A DNA stretch of 64,000 nt from NCBI GenBank assembly GCA_001603955.1, contig LVAA01000062.1, forward strand, positions 8 to 64,007. The letters are read 5' to 3'. The notes below the pieces were generated by a model. The model did no database searches and was not told the DNA's origin. It saw only the letters and a list, made by a program, of their open reading frames with translations. Both the position numbers and the translations under genes were made by a program. Positions 55,285-62,646 of this stretch are shown piece after piece. Origin of the DNA: Syntrophobacterales bacterium Delta_02 (GTDB lineage Bacteria > Desulfobacterota > Syntrophorhabdia > Syntrophorhabdales > Syntrophorhabdaceae). Position 1 is the first letter of the stretch, and each line of letters begins with the position of its first letter.

Positions 55285-58200
55285 TCAGGCCCTATCAAGT
55301 ACCTCCCTGACCATCCTGAGGAGAACGTTGGACCCCAGGGGTTTCGAGAGAAAATCAAACTCCCCCTCCTCGATACCCTTCTCGAGGACAACGTCCTGGG
55401 TATACCCGCTTATGAAGATGACCTTCATTCCCGGGGTGATCCCGCTTATCGCCTCGTAGGCTTCCCTGCCGTTCTTTCCGGGCATCACCGAATCGATGAT
55501 CAGAAGGTCCACTCTCTCGAGTTGCCTGAACTTCTCCACCGCATCCTCACCATCGACGGCTTCGAGGACCGTGTAGCCGTATTTCGTCAACACGTCCCGT
55601 ATCAGACGTCGCACGTCGGCATCATCATCGGCGACAAGAACGGTTTCGGTCCCTCCCCTCACCTGCTGCGGGGAAACGACCTCCTGTTCCGCGGTCGTGG
55701 ATATAGCGGGAAGGTATATATGGAAGGTCGTGCCCATGCCCTTCTCGCTGTACACGTTGATATAACCTCCGTGCCGCTTGACGATCCCGTAGACCGTTGA
55801 GAGCCCGAGACCGGTCCCTTTCCCCGTTTCCTTAGTGGTAAAAAAGGGATCGAAAATATGCTCTTTCGCGTGCTCGTCTATACCTGATCCGTTATCGGAA
55901 ATGGAAAGGAGAGCGTATTTCCCCGGTTCGCCCAGTCCGTGAGCCGCGACAAACTCACCGTCCAGCTCCACGAGTTCAGTCTCGATCGTCAGCGTCCCGC
56001 CTCGCGGCATGGCGTCCCTTGCGTTGCTCGCAAGGTTGAAGAGTATCTGGTCGATCTGCGTCGTGTCAGCCATGACCACCAGAGCTTCCTCGCTGAGACA
56101 GGCCTTGAGCTTGATATCCTCGGTGATGAGCCTCTCCAGCAATTTCTGGGTACTCCTTACGGCCTCGTTCAGATCGACAGGGCTCAGGCGCACCGGTTGG
56201 AGCCTGCTGAAGGTAAGAAGGCTTGCCGTGAGGTTAACGGCCTTCTGTGAAGAGGTCATGATGTGCTCCACGTATTCCTGAAGGGGATCCTCCTCGCTGA
56301 GCTCGAGTTGGAGGAAGGTCGCGTATCCCATCAGGACCGAAAGGATGTTGTTGAAGTCATGGGCGACACCGCCCGCGAGGGTGCCAATGGCCTCCATCTT
56401 CTGCGACTGCCGGACCCGGGCCTCGAGACGCCTGCGCTCGGTCACGTCTTCGGCGGTATTATCGTAGTAAAGCACGTTCCCCGCCGCATCACGGACCACC
56501 CTGGAATTTATGCTGACCCAGATCCTGGTACCGTCCTTGCGACGCATTTCCACCTCGAAACCTTCCACCACACCCCTCAATTCAAGCAACTCTTTCCTTC
56601 TTTCCCGGTCCCCGGCATCGGCATACAACTCCTGCGCTATGTCAGCGACTGAATCGATCATCTCCTGCTGTGACCCGTACCCGAACATTCGCGCACCCGC
56701 CGGGTTGATGTTCAGGAACCGTCCTTCCGGTGTGGACCGGAATATCCCCTCGATGGAGTTCTCGAAGATGCTCCGGAATTCTTCCTCGCTCCGGCGCAGT
56801 TCCTCCTCCGTCCGCTTACGGTCGCTGATGTCGACGAGAAAACCCTCAAGGAACGCCGGATTGCCCTCCTCACCGCGTCCTATCCGTGCGCTTAAGGAAA
56901 CCCATATCCTCTGTCCGTCCGCGCGACGGCACCGGCATTCATGCCCGACGATCTCCCCCTTCTCCAGGACCGCGCCGAGAACGTTGTCCGGACCTCCATC
57001 ATCCACGGAGAGCTGACTCCTCAGATCGCTCACACTCGCCATCAGGTGCTCCGGGGAATCATAGCCCAGGATACGCGCCATTGAGGGGCTAGCGCTCAGG
57101 ATCCTTCCTTCGGGATCCGTCTGGAAGAGGCCTTCGATCGCGTTCTCGAAGATCTCCCGGTACTTCCTTTCGCTGCGGCTCAGTCCCGCCATCGTTTCCC
57201 TGAGTCTTTCCGTCATCAGGTTGAATGTCCGCGCAAGGGTACCGACCTCATCACGCGCACCGGGGTCCACCACCTGGTTCAGATCTCCGCCCGTAATGAT
57301 CTCTGCGGCCCTTGTCATCTGACGGATATGGCGCGTAATGGTCCAGGCAACGAAGATGCCAAGAAGCCCTATGAGAAGCGTGATCGTGATCCCTGCCACA
57401 CCCATAATGCGCGTCATCCGGTTCCTTCCGCCGCTCAGGATGGTACGATAAGAGTGCAGTTCATCCTCGTGGACACCGACCCCGATCACCCAGTCCCAGG
57501 GAGCGTAATAGGCCAGGCGGGCCACCTTCCACCTCGGCTCCGTCTCACCGGGGTTCTGCCAGCGGTATCGTTCGGTGGCCATTTCCCCGGGTTTCAGGGC
57601 GGTCGCCTTCCCTATGATCTCCCTGATGACATAGCGGCCGTCGCTGTCCCTGCTGTCCCATACGTTCTCATCGTCCCTCTCGCCCTTCCAGGATATGATG
57701 TAGCGGCCCCGGTCTTCCCCCTTGCCCCCGACGACATAGACATATCCGGTCTCTCCCACCTTCGTCTGCTGAATGGCGTTGCGTATCCGCATCTCGACGC
57801 TCTTCTGCTTGATACCGGCATATATCATCCCCACAAGCTTGCCCGCCTTGTCCCTGAGCGGTTCGTACGCCGTCAGGTACCAGGCGTTCACCACATAGGC
57901 GCGGCCGTGATAGGTCTTTCCCCCCAGCACTGCGGCGACTACGGGGTTCGGGCTGCCGTCGGGATTGATGGCGGGTATGTACGTGCCTATAGCGCGCCTG
58001 CCCTGTGAATCCCTGACGTTCGTCGCCACGCGGAGCATGTCTCCCCGCTCGTTCATGCGCTGAAAAATGGTGGCTGTCTCGCCGACAAGCCCCTTGACAT
58101 CGTCGACCACCGGGGTCCTGACGGTCGGCTGCGAATTCTGCCCGATCCATTTCCCACCCACGAGCATCCCCGGCAATCCCACCCTTACGGACCGCCCGGT

Positions 58201-58530
58201 GAACTGGTTCACCGCCGTCCACTCCACTCTCTGGCGGGAAAGGTCCGCGCCGCCTCTGGCGGCGAGTATGTGCCGCATGACATTGAGGTTTCTTGAGAGC
58301 TGCTCCCGGACGGCCTCATCCTCCGTCCGGACCAGGTTGTAGGCACCCTGAGTGATGTGATCCAGGTCCGCATCCAACAGCCGGTCCACTTCCCTCTGAG
58401 CAAGGTCGTTGTACTGGCCGCTCTGCCAAACGGCAAGTGCCACAAGGGCGGCCGCTGTAATAAGGACACTGCCCGCCCCCAGAATGGAGATCTTGATGTT
58501 GAGCTTCAGGTCCCTCAGAAAACGAAACAT
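55285..58530 (-). CDS. Hybrid sensor histidine kinase / response regulator with Cache-like periplasmic domain, HAMP and two PAS domains
   Basis: 1081 aa. Two TM segments flank a domain of about 330 aa. HAMP, PAS x2, HisKA ([10 protein letters not shown]), HATPase (GTGLGLS), REC ([11 protein letters not shown]...[14 protein letters not shown]). Confidence 0.9.
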   Translation of the reverse strand: MFRFLRDLKLNIKISILGAGSVLITAAALVALAVWQSGQYNDLAQREVDRLLDADLDHITQGAYNLVRTEDEAVREQLSRNLNVMRHILAARGGADLSRQRVEWTAVNQFTGRSVRVGLPGMLVGGKWIGQNSQPTVRTPVVDDVKGLVGETATIFQRMNERGDMLRVATNVRDSQGRRAIGTYIPAINPDGSPNPVVAAVLGGKTYHGRAYVVNAWYLTAYEPLRDKAGKLVGMIYAGIKQKSVEMRIRNAIQQTKVGETGYVYVVGGKGEDRGRYIISWKGERDDENVWDSRDSDGRYVIREIIGKATALKPGEMATERYRWQNPGETEPRWKVARLAYYAPWDWVIGVGVHEDELHSYRTILSGGRNRMTRIMGVAGITITLLIGLLGIFVAWTITRHIRQMTRAAEIITGGDLNQVVDPGARDEVGTLARTFNLMTERLRETMAGLSRSERKYREIFENAIEGLFQTDPEGRILSASPSMARILGYDSPEHLMASVSDLRSQLSVDDGGPDNVLGAVLEKGEIVGHECRCRRADGQRIWVSLSARIGRGEEGNPAFLEGFLVDISDRKRTEEELRRSEEEFRSIFENSIEGIFRSTPEGRFLNINPAGARMFGYGSQQEMIDSVADIAQELYADAGDRERRKELLELRGVVEGFEVEMRRKDGTRIWVSINSRVVRDAAGNVLYYDNTAEDVTERRRLEARVRQSQKMEAIGTLAGGVAHDFNNILSVLMGYATFLQLELSEEDPLQEYVEHIMTSSQKAVNLTASLLTFSRLQPVRLSPVDLNEAVRSTQKLLERLITEDIKLKACLSEEALVVMADTTQIDQILFNLASNARDAMPRGGTLTIETELVELDGEFVAAHGLGEPGKYALLSISDNGSGIDEHAKEHIFDPFFTTKETGKGTGLGLSTVYGIVKRHGGYINVYSEKGMGTTFHIYLPAISTTAEQEVVSPQQVRGGTETVLVADDDADVRRLIRDVLTKYGYTVLEAVDGEDAVEKFRQLERVDLLIIDSVMPGKNGREAYEAISGITPGMKVIFISGYTQDVVLEKGIEEGEFDFLSKPLGSNVLLRMVREVLDRA

Positions 58531-58688
58531 TTCTTCGCCTCCCTAACTCCTGTAGCCCCCCATTACGCAAGTATAGCATTGACCTCCTCTTTTGGGTATG
58601 ACTTACGCAAGCATCGAAACTCTCCCCGAAAAAAACCCGGTATCGGCCAATCCGGTCGCGATAACCGTACGATGGCCTTTCGTTCCTT

Positions 58689-58719
58689 CCCATCACCCAT
58701 GACCCATCACCTGTTACCC
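58689..58719. repeat. Solo arm of the CCCATGA heptad class
   Basis: CCCATCA CCCATGA CCCATCA CCTGTTA CCC. No convincing partner arm upstream. Confidence 0.6.
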
Positions 58720-58738
58720 GCCTCTCTCATTTTTCCCT

Positions 58739-58767
58739 TTGCATTTGAGGCCGCAAGCGCCTAGAAT
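58739..58767 (+). promoter_or_regulatory. Candidate sigma70 promoter giving a leaderless or near-leaderless mRNA for 58774..59349
   Basis: TTGCAT (58739-58744), 17-nt spacer, TAGAAT (58762-58767). The ATG at 58774 begins 7 nt after the -10. No SD. Confidence 0.45.
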
Positions 58768-58773
58768 ATCCCC

Positions 58774-59349
58774 ATGCCCGATACCATTGCAACAGACGGA
58801 TCCGTAAGAGAGCTGACCTTCCAGGTCCCTCTTTCGGAGATCTACAAGTTCAACGAACCGGAAAAGGTGAGCGACCTTGGTCAGGTCCTGGAGGCCGGCC
58901 GGCAGAAACCTGCCGCCATGGGTCCCGCCAAGAGGTTCATCACAAGCACGATAGGGATATTCTGCCTCATGATCGGCCTTACGGGCCTCTTCGGCCGGAA
59001 CCCCGATATCTTCAGCGTCCTCTGGATCATCTTCGGAACGGTGATCATCTGGGTCTTCCTGGCAAAGCCGGAGATGGACAAGAGGAAGGCCGGGGGCGCC
59101 TCCGACACGAAGAAGGAACCCGAGGTGACCCTCGTCGTCAACTCCAACAGGATAGTGATACGCTTACCCGGCAGTGAGACGGCAAGGGAGTGGACGGAAT
59201 TCCTTCAGTACAAGAAAACAAAGAAGGGGATCCACCTCCACTTCCTCGACGGCACAACGATCTGGCTGCCCGAAGAAGCTTTCTACGACAAGGACGAAAT
59301 GAAGGAACTTCTGCGGTTGCTTCAAAAGAAGGTTCCAGGTTCCAGGTGA
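58774..59349 (+). CDS. Hypothetical membrane protein (YcxB-like layout: two TM helices then a soluble C-domain)
   Basis: 191 aa. Hydrophobic pair ITSTIGIFCLMIGLTGLF / FSVLWIIFGTVIIWVFLA. The last 7 codons lie in a repeat arm. Confidence 0.6.
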   Translation: MPDTIATDGSVRELTFQVPLSEIYKFNEPEKVSDLGQVLEAGRQKPAAMGPAKRFITSTIGIFCLMIGLTGLFGRNPDIFSVLWIIFGTVIIWVFLAKPEMDKRKAGGASDTKKEPEVTLVVNSNRIVIRLPGSETAREWTEFLQYKKTKKGIHLHFLDGTTIWLPEEAFYDKDEMKELLRLLQKKVPGSR

Positions 59350-59459
59350 AAAACCTCTGAAGTAGAAGAGAGCTGTCCCTCTTGGGGCTTTGACTCGAAA
59401 CGCGCAACCCGGAACCCACAACTGTCTTTTGCCTGAAACCTGAGACTTGAGACCTTCTT
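59326..59459. repeat. Composite hairpin element, GGTTCCA heptad class, sharing a core with 43822..43979
   Basis: Terminal inverted repeats AAGAAGGT (59326-59333) and ACCTTCTT (59452-59459). Left arm GGTTCCA GGTTCCA GGTG. Right arm CCTGAAA CCTGAGA CTTGAGA CC. The core 59375-59453 is near-identical to 43882-43965. Confidence 0.85.
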
Positions 59460-59791
59460 TATCTTTTCGGTGGTTTCGTGGTTTCCAGCTCGGCTATCTC
59501 TTCTTCGATGTCGCGTATGGTGAGACGCATCCGCGTGATCGAGTTGATGCGGTCACGGATAAAGGGATCGTCGGAGGAGACGCTCTTATCGCAGGTGAAC
59601 TGGTCGTACACGTATTCGCCTATCTCCGCGTTCGTCTTTTGAATGGACCGCTGCAGCTTCGTAACGTCAAGATATTTCCGCTTGCCGATCATGGCCTGCT
59701 TCTCCACGCCGAAGGCTATATCCTGGGCCGTCTCCTTCAGCGTCTTCAACCCTTCCTCGGTCCTCTTCCTTATATCATCAATAAGCGCCAC
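59459..59791 (-). CDS. Hypothetical coiled-coil protein
   Basis: ORF 59459..59851. A GTG at about 59791 follows a GGAGG SD. A promoter-like TTGACC...CAGAAT lies inside the longer ORF. No family recognised. Confidence 0.45.
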   Translation of the reverse strand: MALIDDIRKRTEEGLKTLKETAQDIAFGVEKQAMIGKRKYLDVTKLQRSIQKTNAEIGEYVYDQFTCDKSVSSDDPFIRDRINSITRMRLTIRDIEEEIAELETTKPPKR

Positions 59792-59862
59792 CACGACCTC
59801 CGATCCAACATGGATTTTCAATATTCTGCACCTTTCCGCAGGAAAGGTCAAACAGACCGAAA

Positions 59863-59967
59863 AAGACCGCTCGAGCCGCTTGACGCCCCGTCGAACCTTA
59901 AAGAAAGACTTTGCCTCTGCATCTTCCGTTCAAACGGTTCAAGCGGTTCAAGCGGTTTCAACCGTCT
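59863..59967. repeat. Composite hairpin element, 9-mer class
   Basis: Left AAGACCG CTCGAGCCG CTTGACG. Core with GAAAGACT (59903-59910). Right GTTCAAACG GTTCAAGCG GTTCAAGCG GTTTCAACCGTCT, ending at the phosphofructokinase stop (59968-59970). Confidence 0.75.
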
Positions 59968-61137
59968 CTAATACAGAAACATCGGTTTCCCCAGCGTGTC
60001 GCGCACCTTTGGACGGTATGTCTCCACGTCGTACAGGGCAGTCACGTCGACCTGTTTCTTCGCGGCAACGACCATGTCCAGCGGGACCGTGGTGTATATC
60101 GCCTGATGGAGCGCCACCATGCGGCCCCTGTGGCCCATCGCTATCTGGTCGAGGGCCAGGCTGCCGTAAGACACGGCCACCATCCGGTCGAGGGAGTCGG
60201 GTGCTCCGGAACGCATCATGTAGGCAAGCTGCTGGTAGATGACGTTCACGCCCGAGCGCTGCTTTATCTCCTGGGAAATGATGTAACCCACACCGCCCAG
60301 CTTCTTGTGGCCGTAGGCATCCTCTATCCCCGTCTCGGTCACGGTCCCACCCACGGTATGAGCACCCTCGGAAATGGTCATGATCGCGTAGTTGGAGGGG
60401 TTCCTGGACCGGTCCGTCACGAGAAAACCGACGAGCCTGTCGAGGTCGAAAGGCACCTCCGATATGACCGCCCTGTCGACGTCGGCAAGGTAGGCCGCTA
60501 TGAGCGACGTTTCACCGGAGTTCCGGCCGAAAAGCTCGACGACACAGATGCGTTCATGGGAACCCGTCGTGGTCCGCAGGGCGTTGATGGCATCCACCGA
60601 GCGTGTGACGGCCGTCGAGAAACCGATGCAGAAATCCGTTCCGAACACGTCATTGTCCATGGTCTTCGGAATGGCGACAACCTGGACACCCTCCTTGTTG
60701 AGCCGGACCGCGTAGCTTAAGGTGTCGTCCCCGCCTATGGGGATGATCGCGTCTACTGCAAGGAACTCGAGAACCTTCAGGATATGCCTCGTGCAGTCGA
60801 TCCTTCCCGATTCCGTCGGGACCCGGTCGCCTGCCTCCACAAAGGGAGGCACTTCATCGGGATTAACGTTGCCCGGATTGGTCCGCGACGTGTGAAGGAT
60901 GGTCCCGCCGGTACGGTCGATGGTCCTCACCGTGTCGAGACTCAGAGGCATGACAAACCGCTGCGCCGTTTTCGGATTGTCGGGATCGATGTCGAGAAGG
61001 CCCATCCACCCTCTGCGGATACCCACCACGTCGATATCCTTCGAATCGGCACGGGCAACGACGGCCTTTATGGCCACGTTAAGCCCCGGAACATCTCCTC
61101 CCCCCGTCAGCACGGCGATCTTCTTCCTCCTTCCCAT
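59968..61137 (-). CDS. pfp: 6-phosphofructokinase, predicted pyrophosphate-dependent
   Basis: 389 aa. [21 protein letters not shown] (Asp rather than Gly) and IPKTMDND (Lys rather than Gly), which are the positions known to discriminate PPi- from ATP-dependent PFKs. Confidence 0.85.
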   Translation of the reverse strand: MGRRKKIAVLTGGGDVPGLNVAIKAVVARADSKDIDVVGIRRGWMGLLDIDPDNPKTAQRFVMPLSLDTVRTIDRTGGTILHTSRTNPGNVNPDEVPPFVEAGDRVPTESGRIDCTRHILKVLEFLAVDAIIPIGGDDTLSYAVRLNKEGVQVVAIPKTMDNDVFGTDFCIGFSTAVTRSVDAINALRTTTGSHERICVVELFGRNSGETSLIAAYLADVDRAVISEVPFDLDRLVGFLVTDRSRNPSNYAIMTISEGAHTVGGTVTETGIEDAYGHKKLGGVGYIISQEIKQRSGVNVIYQQLAYMMRSGAPDSLDRMVAVSYGSLALDQIAMGHRGRMVALHQAIYTTVPLDMVVAAKKQVDVTALYDVETYRPKVRDTLGKPMFLY

Positions 61138-61185
61138 AAAAACACCTCCAATCCCTATCCGGGGCAGCTTCTGACTATAATGTTC

Positions 61186-61214
61186 TGTATAGTCGGGAAA
61201 GAAGGGAATGTCAA
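61186..61214 (-). promoter_or_regulatory. Candidate sigma70 promoter of the phosphofructokinase gene
   Basis: The minus strand reads TTGACA (61209-61214), 17-nt spacer, TATACA (61186-61191). GGAGG SD lies 6 nt before the ATG at 61137. Confidence 0.45.
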
Positions 61215-61225
61215 GGAAAGAGGAA

Positions 61226-61436
61226 AAGACCGTTTCAGGTTTCAGGTTTCAGGTTTCAGGTTTCAGGTTTCAGGTTTCAGGTTTCAGGTTTCAGGTTTCA
61301 GGTTTCAGAAGAAAGACTGCGGGAGGAGGCCGGTTGTCAACACAATTACTGGCTGGTGCCATTTGCTCCGCCAGGGTCTCCCCCCGGTGGCCGTTTCTTG
61401 CCTTTGCCTGAAACCTGGAACCTGAGACCTGAAACC
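61226..61436. repeat. Composite hairpin element, GGTTTCA heptad class, with expanded left arm
   Basis: AAGACCG, then (GTTTCAG)x11, GAAAGACT at 61311-61318, and right arm CCTGAAA CCTGGAA CCTGAGA CCTGAAA CC (61407-61436). Confidence 0.85.
61232..61308. repeat. Perfect heptanucleotide microsatellite (GTTTCAG)x11
   Basis: 77 bp with no interruption. Begins 18 bp upstream of the -35 of the candidate phosphofructokinase promoter. Confidence 0.95.
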
Positions 61437-61479
61437 ATCAACGACCTGAACTTCGGAAACCGAAGTTCAGGTCGTTGAT
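61437..61479. repeat. Perfect 20-bp-stem palindrome
   Basis: ATCAACGACCTGAACTTCGG-AAA-CCGAAGTTCAGGTCGTTGAT. The right end overlaps the -35 of the candidate promoter for 61524..62567. Confidence 0.9.
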
Positions 61480-61503
61480 ATTGTTACACCTTTATGCTAC
61501 ATT
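61475..61503 (+). promoter_or_regulatory. Candidate sigma70 promoter of the dGTPase-like gene
   Basis: TTGATA (61475-61480), 17-nt spacer, TACATT (61498-61503). Short leader without an obvious SD before the ATG at 61524. Confidence 0.35.
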
Positions 61504-61523
61504 AGGTTGTTGGTTACAGCCGA

Positions 61524-62567
61524 ATGAATATCCGTGAAAGACTGGAGGAAAGGGAAGAGCAGATCCTGTCGCCCTGGGCGCAGAAGAGCGTCGCCACGCG
61601 CGGACGGGTCCGTCGGGAGGCCGAGTGCGACATCAGGCCCGCCTTCCAGCACGACCGCGACAGGATAACACACAGCAAATCCTTCCGGCGGCTCAAGTAC
61701 AAGACGCAGGTCTTCCTTTCGCCCACGGGGGACCACTACCGGACACGGTTGACGCACACCCTCGAGGTGTCACAGATAGCGCGGACCATCGGCCGGGCCC
61801 TGGCCCTCAATGAGGACCTCGTGGAGGCCATAGCCCTCGCCCACGACCTCGGCCACACGCCCTTCGGTCATTCCGGCGAGGACGTCCTCAACACGCTCTA
61901 TCCCGGCGGTTTCAGGCATTACGAGCAAAGCCTGCGGGTTGTGGACCTCCTAGAGAAGGACGGGGCGGGCCTCAACCTGACGATGGAGGTCCGCGACGGC
62001 GTCGTCAAACACTCGAAAGGGAAAGGGGAGATAATTATCCGGGATGATGATGAAAGGCCGCTGACAAAAGAGGCAGAGGTGGTCCGCATCGCCGACATCG
62101 TCGCTTACCTGAACCACGATATCGATGACGCCATACGGGGCAACGTCATCAAGGAAGAGGATATCCCGGAACACCTCAGGGACGGTCTCGGTCACAACGT
62201 GTCGGAGCGCATCGATACAATGGTGCGCGGCGTCATCTCCAACACGCTGGGCAACGGCAGGATGGAACTGGGATGCGGTGAGGAACTGGAGACCCACATG
62301 GTGGAGATGCGCGATTTCCTTTATGATCGCGTCTATGAAAGCCCCATCGTTCACGCGGATTTCATCAAGTGCTCGAAGATCATCGAGGACCTCTACGGGT
62401 ACTTCCTCAAGCACCGCGACGCATTCCTCAAGGAAACGGGCCGCGAAGACTTCTACGACGACCCCGTCGCCTGCGTCCGGGACTTTATCGCGGGCATGAC
62501 CGACCGTTATGCCTTCAGTCTTTTTGAAAGGATCTTCCTGCCCATGCCATGGAACATTCCGGTGTAG
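61524..62567 (+). CDS. dGTP triphosphohydrolase-like HD-domain phosphohydrolase
   Basis: 347 aa. FQHDRDRITHSKSFRRLKYKTQVF, then HD motif RLTHTLEV...LAHDLGHTPFGH. Confidence 0.85.
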   Translation: MNIRERLEEREEQILSPWAQKSVATRGRVRREAECDIRPAFQHDRDRITHSKSFRRLKYKTQVFLSPTGDHYRTRLTHTLEVSQIARTIGRALALNEDLVEAIALAHDLGHTPFGHSGEDVLNTLYPGGFRHYEQSLRVVDLLEKDGAGLNLTMEVRDGVVKHSKGKGEIIIRDDDERPLTKEAEVVRIADIVAYLNHDIDDAIRGNVIKEEDIPEHLRDGLGHNVSERIDTMVRGVISNTLGNGRMELGCGEELETHMVEMRDFLYDRVYESPIVHADFIKCSKIIEDLYGYFLKHRDAFLKETGREDFYDDPVACVRDFIAGMTDRYAFSLFERIFLPMPWNIPV

Positions 62568-62646
62568 AAAAGGAAGACCCGGAAACTTGAACGAACAACG
62601 ACCATCAAGCGCGTTTTGATAGGTACACACGGAAAGGGAGCTCACA

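Noticed and set aside
61232-61308. Possible CRISPR array
   Set aside because: The 7-bp units are directly tandem with no spacers, and there are no cas genes in the window. It is a microsatellite, not a CRISPR array.
61208-61411. 67-aa ORF encoding SGFRFQV repeats, and 41878..42318 encoding [10 protein letters not shown]
   Set aside because: These are translations of the heptad and 9-mer DNA arrays. The periodic peptide is a by-product of the nucleotide repeat, not evidence of coding.
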